Notes under the pieces: generated by a model
Told to the model about the DNA's origin: nothing
Databases searched by the model: none
The model's input: the letters and a program-made list of their open reading frames with translations, nothing else
Shown: positions 12,834 through 26,166 of the stretch, piece after piece
Layout: the number at the start of each line of letters is the position of its first letter
Numbering within the stretch: position 1 is the stretch's first letter
DNA from: Scenedesmus sp. PABB004
Lineage: Eukaryota
Direction of reading: 5' to 3'
Assembly (NCBI GenBank): GCA_014905635.1
Contig: CM026548.1
Coordinates: 310,001-374,000 of the forward strand
DNA: 64,000 bases
Translations under genes and position numbers: made by a program

Positions 12834-12871
<38 letters not shown>
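12834..12871 (+). repeat. (CAG)n microsatellite upstream of the CDK start
   Basis: Run of CAG units seen directly. Confidence 0.9.
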
Positions 12872-12920
12872 CGCGCGCCGCTCTCGGCGGCGGCGCGGCC
12901 GCCGCGCATGCGCGCCGCCC

Positions 12921-14881
12921 ATGGGCGACCACGGGGCTAGCGCCCGGTCGCGCCGCAGCGACGTGAGCAGCAGCGTGCCGAGCAGCCCCGCGCCCGGCGC
13001 AGGCGACGGCGGCGGCGGGCCGCTGCCGGTGCTCGACCCGGTGCAGGAGTATGAGAAGCTCCACCGCATCGGCGAGGGCACCTACGGCGTCGTCTACAAG
13101 GGTGGGCGCGACTGGCGCAGCCCCGCTGCAGCACGCGGCCGGCAGCCGGCCCGCCGCGCCGCCGCGCTCACGCGGCCGCCCGCCGCCCGCGCCCGCGCAG
13201 CCCGGCACATCCCGACTGGTGAGATCGTGGCGCTAAAAAAGGTGTGCTGGCGAGCATCTGTGTGTGTGTGTGTGTGTGTGTGTGTCTGTGTGCGCGCGCG
13301 GGGCGCGGCAGGCAGCGCGCGGCGGCGACCACCCAGCCGCGAAACGCCCGCCGCAGGTGCGCTTTGACCGCTCGCGCGAGGGCGTGCCCGTCACGAGCGT
13401 GCGCGAGCTGGCCATCCTGCAGGCGGCGCGGCACCCCAGCATCGTGCGCCTGCTGCGCGTCGTCACGGGCAGCCGGCCCGACAGGTGCGCGGGCTGCCCG
13501 GCCGCGTCGCCGCCGGCAGCGCGCCGCCCGAGACAGGGCCAGGGCCGAGCCCGCCCTGCCTCACCGCACCACTCCGCAGTGTGTTTCTTGTGTTTGAGTA
13601 TGCGGCGCACGACCTCGGGCGCCTGCTCGACGCCCACCCGCGCGCGTTCAGCGAGGCCGAGGCAAAGGGGCTCTTCCGCCAGCTCGCCGCCGCGGTGCGC
13701 GCCCCGCGCCGGCGGCCCCGCGCCGGCGGCAGCGCAGGTGGCCCGCGCCGACCTCGCGCCGACTCGCGCCGACCTCGCGCGCCGCCGCGCGCCGCAGGTG
13801 GCGTACCTGCACGAGCGCTGGGTGCTGCACCGCGACCTGAAGCTGTCCAACCTGCTGCTCAATGACGACGGCGAGCTCAAGCTCTGCGACTTTGGCCTCG
13901 CGCGGTGCGGGGCGCGGGGCGAGGGGCAGGGAGGTGGCACAGTGCCTGCCCGCGCGGGGCCCGCGGCGCGCGTGCTGCGCCGGCCCCCGCGGCGCGGGCC
14001 GCCGACGCGGGCGCCGACGACGCAGGCACTTTGCGCCCGGCGGCGGCCGCCTCACGCCGCGCGTGGTCACGCTCTGGTACCGCGCGCCGGAGCTGCTGCT
14101 CGGCGGCGAGCGCTACGGCGCGGCGATCGATGCGTGGGCGCTCGGCTGCGTGCTCGGCGAGCTGCTGCGCGGCGAGCCGCTCTTCCCAGCGAGCAGCGAG
14201 GCGGAGTGCATCCACATGCACTGCGCGCTGCTCGGCACGCCCACGCCGCGCATCTGGCCGGTGCGCGCCAAGAGAGCCGGCGCCGCCGCGTGCGCGCGCG
14301 GCCGCGCATCGCGTCGCGCCGCGAGCCCCGCGCCGCCCGCCCCGGGCGCAGGGGATGCGCTCGCTGCCGCACGCGGGCAACGTGCGCTGGCCGGAGCAGC
14401 CGTTCAACTTCCTGCGCCGCAGCTTCCCCGAGCTCTCCGACGCGGGGCTCTCCCTGCTCAACGGCCTGCTGACCTACGACGCGGGGCAGCGCCTCACCGC
14501 CGCGGCGGCGCTGCGGCACCCCTACCTCTCGGTGCGGCGGCGCGGCGCGCGAGCCTCGGGCGCGGCTCGCGGGCCCGCGCGCGACCCTCGCGCGCGCGCG
14601 CGCAGGAGCGGCCGTACCCACGGCGACCAGAGGACATGTCGCGCTTTGCGCTGACCAGCAGCAGCGTGCCGACCAGCGCTGTGGCGGCGGGCGCCAAGCG
14701 CGGCCGCGACGGCGGCGGCGGCGGCGCGCCGTCGGCCAAAGTCGCCGCCACGCAGCGCGCCGTGGACCGCCGCTTCGGCGAGGCGTTCGGCGGCGGCGAC
14801 GCGCGGCAGCCGCTCTTCGATCGCTACGACCTGCGCCCGGCCGCGCCCGACGCCGACGAGGACACCGGCGACGGCGCCTGA
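12921..14881 (+). CDS. Cyclin-dependent kinase, CDK10/CDK11-like
   Basis: [24 protein letters not shown] cyclin helix, [34 protein letters not shown]. Seven GT-AG introns. Confidence 0.92.
13259..13291 (+). repeat. (TG)n microsatellite at the 5' end of CDK intron 2
   Basis: Seen directly. Confidence 0.9.
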
Positions 14882-15136
14882 GCTGTTGCGCGTGAAGTGT
14901 TACATTTTTTCGAGTCGAGCTGTCGCTGCCGCCGGCAACCACGCACCGCCGCCAGAGGCCGCCGCGACTCGCCAGTCGCTCGACCAGCCGCCCTTGCGCA
15001 TACCCAACGTCGCCACCGCTCTCGCTGCCGCCTGGCACCGGGCGCGCCGCAGCAGCAGCGCCCGTCCCCGCCGCTCCCGCGCAGCCGCCCCCGATGGCCT
15101 CAGCGTGACGCCTTCTTCTTCCTCGCAGAAGCAGCC

Positions 15137-18100
15137 ATGCCCACGCCCGCGGCGGGCCGCGCGGGCGGCGGCGACCAGCAGCAGCGCACGCCCGGCTCGG
15201 GGCGCCACACGGCGGTCTCGCGCACGCCGACGGTGCGGCCGCCGCTGCTGTTCGCGCGCCTGGGGTCCTGGCAGCCGCCGTGGGCCAGCACCAGCACACT
15301 GGCTGCAGCGCCGCACACACCGCCCGCTGCCGCTGCTGCCGCTGCTGCCGCCGCAGTCGGCACTCACGCCCAACGACGATGCCGCGGAGCGCGCGAGCGC
15401 GCGCAAGCAGCGGTGAGGCGCCGCGCCAGCGCCGCGCCGGCGCCGCCCGCGCGCGCCGCGGACCCCCGCCGACCCCCGCCGACCCCCGCCGCGCGCAGGT
15501 GCGCGGGCGGGCTGCGCAAGTCGCTCGCCGGCGCGTTTGCCGGCGGCGGCGGCGACGGCGGGCCGACGCTCGCGCCCGAGGCGCTCGCGAGCATGTTTGA
15601 GCACTGCATCAAGCTCGCGGCAGAGAACAAGATCACCGACCGCAACGTGTGGCAGCTGGAGCTCATCCAGCACCTGCCCTCCATCGTGCGCAGCGGCCAG
15701 GTGCGGCGCGGCGCCGCGCGCGCCCCCCGCGCCGCGCCCGCCCCGCGCGCCGCGCCGCCGCGCTGCGGCGTCCGAGCCGTCGCGCCGCGCTGCATTGCCG
15801 CGCCGCGCCGCGCCGCGCCGCGTCAGGGCGCGCGCGGGGGGGTGCCGTTCAACTTCCAGAAGATGAGCGGCGGCCTGGACGCCGGCGTGACCATCTACTC
15901 CAAGCGCGTCGACCACACCTACAAGGAGGCCTTCCAGAGCCTGCAGGGCATGGGCGCCGCGGGGCGGGACGGTGCGCGGGGCAGCGAGGGCGGTGAAGGG
16001 AGGGGGAGGTGGCGGGTGGACAGGGATGGAGGGCCTGGGAGGCAGGCGGCAGGGCGCGGGCTGAGCCGCCGCGCCGGCGCCCCGCCGCGCAGACGAGGAG
16101 GAGGACGGCGACGGCGGCGACGGCGAGGGCAGCGACGGCGACGACGTCGACGACGCCACGGCGGCGGCGGCCAAGGCGGCCAAGGCCGAGCCGTCACGCG
16201 GCCGCGGCGCCAGGGGCGGCGGGGCTGGCGCGAGCGAGGAGGCGACGCTGGCCGCGCCCGAGGCGCTGCGCGCGAAGAAGGGCGACGCCACGTTTGGGGT
16301 TGACCCGCTCTTCCACAAGATGTCGGCCCTCTTTGACGAGGGCGGCGCCAAGGGTGCGGCCGTGCGCTGCGCGCGGCGCGCGGCGCTGCGCCACGCGCGC
16401 GCCCGCGGCGCCCGGCCGACCCGCCCCGCCGCCTGGGGCCGTCGTCTGACTGCTGCTGCCAGGCCTGCTGCTGCTCAACCGGAGCGTGTTTGACGGCGCG
16501 GCGATCATGACCGACCCCCGCGGCGTGCCAGAGGCGGCATTCCCCCTCGACCCGCAGCCCGCGCCCGACGCGCTCGTCGGGCTCACGCCGCTGCGCGGCG
16601 AGCTCGCGGCGTGCGCGCGCGCCGGCGGCGCCGCCGGCGCGGTCACCCCGGGCCTGGCGCAACTGCACGACCTGCTGCGCGCCGCGCTCGCGGCGGCGCC
16701 GCGCGGCCGGGATCAGGCGCAGGTGGCGGACGCGCGCGTGGACGTGTCGGCTGTGATGGCCGCCGCCACGCGTGAGTGCAGCGCACAGCGCCCCGGCGGG
16801 GCGGGCCGCGCCGCCCACGAGCGCGCGCTCTCACCCGCGCACGCGCATCGGCGCCCTGCCGCGCAGGGGGCCTCCCGCCAACGCCCATGCCCGAGCTGCG
16901 CAGCGGCGGCGCGCCGCCTGCGAAGCAGCCGGCTGCCCCGCCGGCGGCCGCCGCCGACGCCGGCGCGGCGCGCGAGGCTGCGCGCTCGGCGGCAGCGGCG
17001 CGGTCGTCGCCGCGTTCCTGGCCGAAGCGGCGGCGGCGGGCGACGCGGACGATGCCGCTGACGGCTGGGGTGGCGGCGAGCCGGCGGACGGCTCTGGGGA
17101 CGGCGAGGGCCACGCCGGCTACGGCGACGACGACAGCGACGACGGCGCCGCCGCCGACGCGCGCGGCGACGACGGCTGGGGCGCGCCGCGGCGCGAGCGC
17201 GGCGGCGCGTTTGGCGTGCTCGGCCTGGGCGGCGGCGCGGTGAGCGGGCGCGCGCCCCGCGCGACGCGCGGCCCGCGCGCGCACTCGCCGTGCCAGTGCG
17301 GCGCGCCGTGCCCGTCAACGCCCTCGCGCGGCTGCCGCCGCAGGGCCCCGACGGGGCGGCGGACGTGCTGGACGCCGACGCGCTGCAGCAGCTGCTCGGC
17401 GGCCAGGGCGGGGGCCGGCCCGGCGCCGCGCCGGGCGGCTGGGCGGGCAGCGCGTACTGGCGCTATCGCTCCGCCGCAGCCGCCATCGCGCGCCTGGGCG
17501 GCGGCGCGACCAAGGCCAAGTCGGCGGCCGGCGGCGCCGCGCGGGCGAGGTGGGCGGCGCCCGCGCGCGCGCCGGGCTGCTCGCCCCTGCTCGCACGTCG
17601 GGCTGCCCCGCCCCAACTCACGCGCCGGCGCCGCCGCGCGCCGCGGTGTGTGCAGGCCGTCGGCGCAGCGCATCGACTTTGAAAACCTGCAGGAGCTGCC
17701 GGCCGGCGCGCTCGCGCGCGGCAGCCGCAAACAGACCTGCCTCGTCACCGCGAGCGCGGGCAACACGCTGCTGCCGGTGGACCTGCGGTTCCAGGCGCGG
17801 CGCAGGCCCGGCGCTCGGCCGGCGCGCCCCGAGCCAGGGCGCAGCGCGTGCGCGGCCCGAGGTCGGTCAGGGCCGCACGCGCTCAGGGCCCGGCCCCGCG
17901 CCGCCCCGCAGGCGGCCAGCCTGGCGCAGCTGTCGCTCAAGCCCGCGCCGGTGGGCTTTGCGCGCGGCGCGGCCACCGGCGGCGCCGCCCCGGGCGCATG
18001 GGGCGGCGGCGACGACGCCGGCGCGAGCTGGGGCGACGGCTGCGAGAGCGACGGCAGCGACTGGGCGGCGACGGCGGCGACGGCTACAACGCCGGCGACC

Positions 18101-18662
18101 TCTCGCACGGCGACCCGGGCTTTGCCCCCGACGGCGGCCAGGCGGACGGCGGCGGCGGCGGCGCGCCGTCCGAGTGGTGGAGCCCCGAGCACGAGCTGCT
18201 CGCCGCGCCGAAGCGCACCGCGGGGCTGGGCGTGACCTACCAGCGCAGCGCCAAGCAGGCGCGGCGCCCCAGGGACCGGGCGCCGGGCGCGTCCGCGCCG
18301 CGCGTGCTCTGTCCACGCAACGCGCCGGCGCCGCCCCCGCGCCGCCGTGCCACCGCGCCGCCCAGGTCGACGTGCGCGCGCTGAAGGACCTGCTCTGGCA
18401 GAGCCTCGTCTCCGCCGACGCTGCCGACGCCGCGCGCGGGCGCGGCGGCGCGCCCGCCGACGCCGGCGCCGGCGGCGGCGTGCGGTTCCAGGACGTCGTG
18501 GCCGACGTGCCCGCGGTGAGCGCGGCGGGCCCCGTGGCCGACGTGAGCGTGCACATGTGCTTCATCTGCATGCTGCACCTCGCAAACGAGCGCGGCCTGG
18601 TCATCCGCGCCGCCGACGACCTGCGCACGCTGACCATCTCCAACGTGCCGGCGGGCCCGTGA
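15137..18662 (+). CDS. NCAPH: Condensin I kleisin subunit CAP-H (barren/Cnd2)
   Basis: NDDAAER; CIKLAAENKITDRNVWQLELI; NFQKMSGGLDAGVTIYSKRVD; VDPLFHKMSALFDEGGAKGLLL; AKQ|VDVRALK; CFICMLHLANERGL. Ten introns (GC-AG 17795-17911 and 18259-18365). Frame breaks near 17000 and 18064. Confidence 0.95.
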
Positions 18663-18732
18663 GCGTCGATGAGCACGGCGCCGAGGCGGAGAGCGGCTGG
18701 CGCGGCGCAGTGATGAAACCTCGCGCCGCGAG

Positions 18733-18737
18733 TTACA
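18733..18737 (-). terminator. TGTAA polyadenylation signal (probably GSH1)
   Basis: TTACA on the plus strand about 500 nt beyond the GSH1 stop. Confidence 0.45.
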
Positions 18738-19242
18738 GCGAGCGCCGCGCCGCCCGCCCGGCGGCGCCGCCGGCTCCTCGCAGTCGATGCCGCATCGCTG
18801 CGCCCGGGGTTGCGTTTCGCCCGCACCGCTGCCAGGCGCTAGCAAGAAAAGAAAGAAGAAGGATGGCGCGCCGTGCGCGCTGCCGAGCGGCGGCAGCGCG
18901 CGCGTCCGGAGTGCTGCCGTGCGCGTGCAGAAGAGAGGACCCGTCCCCGTCGGCCCAACACCAACTCCCCGGCCCCGCGCCGGCGCCGCGCCGCCCGGCG
19001 GCAGCGCCCTCGCTGCCGCGCGGCGCGGCGCCGCACGCAATCCCCGCCCCGACCGCTGCCGCTGCTGCCGCGCTGCCGTCCCGCCGCCGCCCCGCGCGGC
19101 CCGCTCCGACCGACCCGCGCCGCGCCACCGGTCGGCCCAGTGTGCACACCGGCTCCTCCTCCTTGGCGTGCGACGCGCGGCGGGGCGGGGCGCGCCAACG
19201 CGCATGCAGCACGCAAACTATCACAAACGCTATCACATAAGA

Positions 19243-21934
19243 CTAATACATAAACTCCTTGAACAGCGGGTCGACGCTGCGCCCCCACGCGCCCGCGTAG
19301 CGCTCGAGCAGGTGGTCCGCCGGCGTGAGCCCGCTCTCGGCGATGACGTGCAGCTGCTTGAGAAAGTGCGCCTCGTCGTGCCCCCGCCGCTCCAGGCCGC
19401 CCGTCGCGATGGCGAGCACCTTGAGCGCGACGTCCCGCACCGTGCCGCCCTTGAACGGCGTGGCCAGGCCCTTGCGGGGCACCTCTGCGCGACCACGCGC
19501 GGCCGGCGCGGCGCGCGGTCAGCGCGGCGCACGGTCGGCGGCGGAGCCCGGCGCCCGGCGGCGCGGCCGCGCCGCGCCGCAGGGCGGCGGGCTGCGCCCC
19601 GCGCGGCCGGCCGCCGCGCCCCGCGGGAGGCCCCTGCGCACCCGCGCGCAGGTAGTCCCGGTCGTCCTGCGTCCAGGGCGCGATGAGGTCGGCCGCCTCG
19701 GCCTGGGCCTGGGGGTCGTAGATGAGGCCCACCCACAGCGCCGGCAGCGCGCAGATGAGCCGCCACGGCCCGCCGTCGGCGCCGCGCATCTCCAGGAAGC
19801 GCTTCAGGCGCACCTGCGCGTGTGTGTTGAGGCAAGGGGGGGGGGCACAGGGCGGCGTGTGGGCAGGGCGGCGCGCGCGAGGGCGGCGGGCGCGCGTGGC
19901 GGCGGAGGAGGGAGGGAGGGACTCGGGGGCGGTGCGGTGTGGCGCGGCGCGGCGTCGCGCTGCGCTGTCGCGTGCCTCTGGGAAGATGGTCGTGAGGTGG
20001 TTCTCCCAGTCGCCCATCGTCGGCCGCTGCCCCGGCAGCGCCGGCAGCTTGCCCTGCGCGGCGCGGCGGCGGGGTCGGCGGGGTCGGCGGCTGCGCTCGC
20101 CCCGCGCCCAGCCACACACCCACACCCGTGCCCGCACCACCACCACGCCCGCGCCCGCACCCGCACAGCCAGCCGCGCGCGCGCCGCCGCACCTCCATGA
20201 AGTCCCTCCAGCTCTGCCCCAGCGCGTTGATGTACTGCCCCTGGCGGTACACAAAATACATGGGCACGTCCATCGCGTACTCCACGTACCGCTCAAAGCA
20301 CATGCCGCGCTCAAACACAAACGGAAGGTTGCCCGTGCGCGACGCGTCGACGTCGGTCCACACGTCGCCTGTCGCGCGGCGCGGCGCGCGTCAGCGAGAG
20401 CGCGCGCGCGAACGCGCGGCGGCCGCGGGCGCGGCGGCGCGGGCGCCGCGCCGCACCGCGCGTGCTGACGAGGCCGGTGGGCTTGCCCTCCACGAACGGC
20501 GAGTTGGCGAAGAGCGCGACCGCGACCGGCTGCAGCGCGAGGCCTATGCGGAACTTCTCGACCATGTCCGCCTCGCTCTCAAAGTCAAGGTTGACCTGCG
20601 GGCGGGGCCAGGGCCGGGGCCGGGGCCAGGGACAGGGGCGCAGGGCGGCGGCGGCGCGGGGGGCGAGGTGAGCCAGTGCCGCGCGTGCGTGAGCGCGTGA
20701 GGTCGGCGCCCGCGGCGGGGCGCGGCGCGGCGCCGCGCGGCGTGTGGTGCGGCGTGGTGTGGCGCGGTGCGCGCCGCGGCGGCGGCGGCGCGCCTGGATG
20801 GTGCAGGTGCGGAACATCATGTCCAGCCCCCGGCTGCCGACGGTGGGCATGTAAGACTTCATCAGCCGGTACCTGGGTTCAGGGTTCAGGGGCGGCGCGC
20901 GGGGTTCAGGGTTGTGAGGTTGCAACTTGGTTCCAACGCGTCACGAGGGCTCGCTTTGTGTGCGAATGCGCGCGCCGGGTCGCCGCCGCGGTGTGCATGC
21001 GCGCGTGCCTGTCCTTTGGCATGACCGGGATGTCCTTGATGGCCCACTTGGGGTCAAAGCCGACGCCCAGGAAGCCGATGCCCAGCTCCTCGCCGATGGT
21101 CTTCACCTGCGCGCGTTGCCACACGCCCGGGCGGCGCGGCGGCGGCGGCGCGCGTCTGCTGAGAGCGGCCGCCGCTGCACCTGCCGCTGCACCGGCCGGC
21201 CGCTGCCGCGCTGGGGCCGCCCGCCGCCGCGGCAGCCTCATCGCGCGCCTGGTAGAGGTGGCTGTTGACCTCGGCGCACGTCTGGTGCAGCGTCGCGAGC
21301 GGCGCGCCGCTCAGCTCAAACTGGCCGCCCGGCTCGAGCGTGACGCTCTGGCCGTCGAGCTTGCACCCGATCGTCAGCCCCGCCTCGGTGATCGGCTGCC
21401 AGCCAAAGCGCGACTGCAGCTTCTCGAAGACCTGGCTGATCTTGTCAAAGTCCATGCTGCGGCCGCGGCGGGCGGCCGTCGGCGGCCACAGCTGCGGGCG
21501 CCCGCCCCGCCGCCGCGCCGCCGCCCCGCCGCGCACCGCGTGTTGTCGGCGAGGTTGAAGCCCAGCTTCTCGTGCTCCGTGCCGATGCGCCACTGCTCGC
21601 GCGGCCGGCAGCCCGAGCGCAGGTGCGCGACGAGGTCGTCGCTGCGGCGGCGGCGGCGCGCGCGCAGCGGCGGCGCCGTCGACGGGGCGCCGCGGGCCGC
21701 GCTGCGCGCCGGCGGGCCCTGCGCCGCGCCCCGAGGCTTGCCCGTCCCCCGCTGCGTCCGCGTCGGCGGGCCTCACCGCGTCACGGGCTCCGTGCTGCCC
21801 TCTGAGGGCGCGTTTGCTGCTGGCGGGCGCGGCAGCAGCCGCGCCCCGCGCGCCACGGCTGCGGGCGCGGGCCCGTGGATGTGCGCAGGCGCCTGCGCCC
21901 CTGGGCGCCGCGTCGCGTTGGCGCGCGCCTGCAT
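19243..21934 (-). CDS. GSH1: Glutamate-cysteine ligase, plant/plastid type
   Basis: [76 protein letters not shown]. Transit-peptide-like N-terminus; start choice uncertain. Nine introns, four GC-AG. Confidence 0.97.
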
Positions 21935-22274
21935 CGCGGCGCGCGTTGCTGTGATGGCCGTGTGCGGGCCGTGGAGCGACGCGCAGCAGCCGGCGCCGGT
22001 GTCGGTGTGGCACAGGGGATGCCACGCGCCGGGAATGAGTGCGCAACCGCTGCGAAAATGACAAGGAGTCATGGTGGCGAAGCAGCTTCTTCTTCTTCGA
22101 GGGCAGGAAGATGCCGGACGCCGTTCACACCCTCCCGGGACGTGCACTCCGCTGCCTGAGCTCTCGGAGCCGGCGGGCACGCGGCGCGGGCGGCGCGCCG
22201 CCGGCGAGCGGCGCGAGCGGCAGCAGCGAGCGCGCTGCCAATCGGCGCGCGCCGGCGCCGGTTCAGTTCAAGCC

Positions 22275-25200
22275 ATGGCGGCCGCGCAGGAGGCGGCGGT
22301 GATAGAGGCGACGAGCCAGGTGCGGCGCGCCGCAGTCGGGTGTAGCCAGCCGCCGCTGGCGGCGGGGCCAGCGGCGCGCAGCCGCTGCCGCCGCGCGAGC
22401 ACGCGAGCGCCTGCCGCCGCGTGAGAGCCCCTGCCGCCGCCGGGTCGCCAGGTGAGCCGGTTCCACATGGAGACGCTGGAGACGACGTCGCGCCGCGACC
22501 TCGCGCTGGCGGCGGTGCAGCTCTCGGTCGGCGACGCCGTGCTGCTAAGCGACGCGACGCTGGCGCTCAAGGCGGGCGTGCGCTACGGCCTCATCGGCAG
22601 GTGCGCCGCGATGCTCGTGGCGGCGGCGGCGCGCCCGCCGTGCGCGCCCCGGTCGCGCTGGGGCGGCGCAGCACGGCCGCTGCGCCCGGGCGCGCGCGTC
22701 GGGGGCGCCGCCCGCCCCACACGCCCGCCCACGCGCGCCCGTGCGCGCACCGCCAGGAACGGGGTCGGCAAGACGACGCTGCTGCGCGTGCTGGGCGCGC
22801 GCTCGCTGATCGGCTTCCCCCGCTGGCTGACCTGCCTGCACGTGGAGCAGGAGGTCCAGGGCAGCGCAGAGGGCAGCGCCATCGACGCGGTGCTCGCCGC
22901 CGACGCGCGCGCAGCGGCGCTGCAGCGGTGCGGCGCGGCGCGGCGCGGCACGGCAGCGCGCGGAGGCGCGCGGCGGCGGCTGACGGGCCGCTCACACCGC
23001 GCCGCACGCCGCGCGCCGCACGCCGCGGCAGCGACGTGGACGCACTCGAGGCGGCGCTGGACGGCGGCGACGAGCAGGAGCTGGCGGCGGCCGTGGCCGC
23101 GCTGCGCGCCGCGAGCGCGGCGGCGGAGGCCTCCGCCTCCAACGCGACCGCCGCGGCGCGCAGCGGCCGGCGCGGCGTCGCGGCGCGCAAGGCAGCGGTC
23201 GCGGCCGAGGCGGCCGCGTCCGCCGCCGCGGGCGCCGCGCCGCTGTCTGGCGCCGACGTGGCGGCGGCGGCGCAGGAGCTGCTGGCGGAGCGCTACGCGC
23301 AGCTGGCCGCGCTCGAGGATGCCGACGCTGCGGAGGGCCGCGCGCGCCAGATCCTGGCCGGCCTGGGGTTCAGCCCGGTGCGCCGCGGCGAGCACGGTGC
23401 CCGCGCCCGCGCCCGCCGCCGCGCAGCGGCCGACGCGGCGGCGCCGCGCCCGCCGCGCCCGTCGCGCAGGAGCGCATGGCCGCGCCGACCGCGACGCTGA
23501 GCGGCGGCTGGCGCATGCGCGCCGCGCTCGCCGCCGCGCTGTTTGCGGCGCCCGACATTCTCTGCCTGGACGAGCCGACCAACCACCTCGACCTCGAGTC
23601 CATCATCTGGCTGCAGGCGCGCGTGCACGCGCTGCTGCGCGCGACCGGCGGGCGCAGCTCAGCGTGGGCCGCGGCGGCGCGGCGACGCGCCGGCCGTCGG
23701 CGGCGACGCGCACGCAGACGGCGCGGCCACGTGCGCGGCGCTGCGCGTTCTCGCAGGAGTACCTGTCGACCGGCACGGAGGGCCAGACGCTGCTGCTAGT
23801 TAGCCACGACCGCAACTTCCTCGCCGCCGTCACGCAGGAGACGGTGGAGCTCAAGGACCGCCAGCTCAGGCGCGCAGCCACCGCCACGCCGCGCGGCGCG
23901 GCGGCCGCCGCCGCCGGCGGGCTGGGCCGGGCGGGGTCGTGTGGCCCTCTGCCCGCCGCGCGGCGCGGGCCCACGCGCAGCCGTCTGCTCTGCCCTGCTC
24001 TGTGCGCGCGCCCGCGCCCCGCTGGGCCGCCCAGGTACTTCTCCGGGCCGTACGACGCCTACGTGGAGGCCAAGGCCGCCGCGGCGGTCGCGGCCGGCCG
24101 CCAGGCGTCGGCGCTGGAGCGCCAGCGCCGCCACCTGCAGGACAGCATCGCGGCGGCCGAGCGCCAGGCGCGCCAGGTGCGGCGCCCGCCGCCGCCGGGG
24201 CGCCGCGCCCGGCCGCCGCTTGGCGCGGCCCTGCGCCCGCGCGCAGCAGTCCCGGCCGCGCCGGCGCCGCGGGTCGCACGTGCCGTGGGCTGCCCAGCCG
24301 GCCGCTCTGTGCCACACACGCGCGCAGTCGGGCGACGACAAGAAGCTGCTGCAGGCGGCGTCGCGCAAGAAGAAGCTGGTCGAGCGCAGCGGCCTCGACC
24401 GCAGCGCGGCGGGGCACCGATTCAAGGCGAGCGCACGCGCAAGTGCACGGCGCTGTGGGCGCCACCGCAGCGGGCGCGCACGGGCGCCCGCGGGGCCGCG
24501 CGCCGAGCGCGTTCCGACCGCGCGCGCTCCGTCACCGCCGCCGCCGCCGCCGCCGCCTTGGCGCCCGCGCTGTCGCAGCTGAACCGAGACCTTGTTGGCT
24601 ACTTCGAGTCGCGGCGGCCCCAGGTGGTGCTCGAGGCGCCGGACAAGCCCGTCGAGCTGCTCCTGCCGCAGCCCGAGGCGCTGCGCGGCGGCGGGCCGCT
24701 GCTGCAGCTGCGGGGCGTGGGCTTCACCTTCCCCGGCGCGCCGGCGCCGGCGCTGCACGTGAGCGCGGGGTCGGCAGCGTGCGCAGCGCCTGTGCGGCGG
24801 CGCTCTCTTTCGTGTCGTTGAGCCGCCGCCGCCGCCGCCGCCGCGGCCGTGCACTCGGCAGGGCGTGACGCTGGACATCACCCCCGCCAGCCGCATCGCG
24901 CTGCTGGGGCCCAACGGCGCGGGCAAGTCGACGCTGCTGCGGCTGCTCGCCGGGCAGCTCGAGCCGACGCCGCCGCCGCCGGGCTACGTCCCGCCCGCTG
25001 CGCCGGCGGCAAAGGCCGGCGCCGCGGGGCCGGCCGCGAGCAAGAAGCAGCTCAAGGCGGCGCGCGGGCTGGCGGTCGACGCCGCCGCGCTGCCGTCGGC
25101 GCGCGCCGCGGCGGCCGCGGCGGCGGCCGGCGGCGCGGCCGGCAGCGTCGAGCGCGCGGCGGCGCTGCGCGTGGGCCTGTTTGGCCAGCACTGCGTCGAC

Positions 25201-26033
25201 GAGCTGGCAGTTGAGGAGACGGCGCTCGCGCGCGTCATGGGTGCGCCCGCCCCGGCCGCCGCGCTGGCACGCGCCTCGGCAGCCTAACCAAGGCGGCGCG
25301 CCCAGCCGCGCGGCTGCGGCGCCGCTCGGCGCTGCAGCGACCCAGCCCGCTGCCGCCGCCGCCGCCGCCGCTGCCGCCGCCGCCGCAGCCGCGCACCCTG
25401 GGCTGGCGAGGGAGCAGGACGCCCGGGACTATCTGGGCGGCTTTGGGCTCGGCGGCCGCCCCGCGACGCTGCCGATGCGCGCGCTCAGCGGCGGCCAGAA
25501 GGCGCGCGCCGCGCTCGCGCTGCTGCTCGCGACGCGGCCGCACCTGGTGAGCCGGGCACACGGCGGCGGCGGTCGACCTCTGGGGGGCTGACAAGGGTCC
25601 AGCGCTCTCCCGTGCCGCCCGCCCACGCCCCTGCCGCCGCCGCCGCTGCCGCCTCCGCCCCGCCCCGCCCTGCCAGCTGCTGCTGGACGAGCCGACCAAC
25701 CACCTCGACCTCTTGACCGTCGAGGCGCTCGCGCGGGCGGTGGCGAGCTACGAAGGCGCCGTGGTCGTCGCGAGCCACGACCTGCGCTTTGTGTGTGACG
25801 TCGCCGGCGGCGGCGGCGGCGGTGGCGAGGCCGGCGGCAGGAGCAGCAGCGGCGGCGGCGGCGCCAGCGGCGGGGCCGGCGGCGAGGGCGGCGGCGGCGG
25901 CGAGGTGTTTGTCGTCGCGGCGGGGCGCAGCGGGCTGCAGCGCCTGGAGGGCGGCGCCGAGGGCGTGGCCGCGTACGCGGCGCGCGTGCGCGAGCGCGTG
26001 CTGCGGCGCCAGGGCGCGCTGCTGCGGCGGTGA
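22275..26033 (+). CDS. ABC-F family ATPase (GCN20/ABCF3-like)
   Basis: Two nucleotide-binding domains and no TM domain: [33 protein letters not shown]; then [29 protein letters not shown]. Eleven introns, three GC-AG. Confidence 0.95.
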
Positions 26034-26166
26034 CGCGGTGGCGGTCGGCAGGCGGCGGGCGGGGGCGCAGGATGCTGGCGCGGCGCAGGCGGGCTCGCAC
26101 TCGGGCGGCGAGCAAGGAAACGTACGGTTGACCGCACCAGCGCTCGCGCCCAGCCGCCGCAGGGGC

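Noticed and set aside
15137..18662. CAP-H, ABC1K7 and WD40 as pseudogenes because of frame breaks
   Set aside because: Motifs are intact on both sides of each break, there are no premature stops otherwise, and condensin is essential.
18710..18716. snoRNA C-box-like GTGATGA
   Set aside because: No CTGA D box or terminal stem at a suitable distance.
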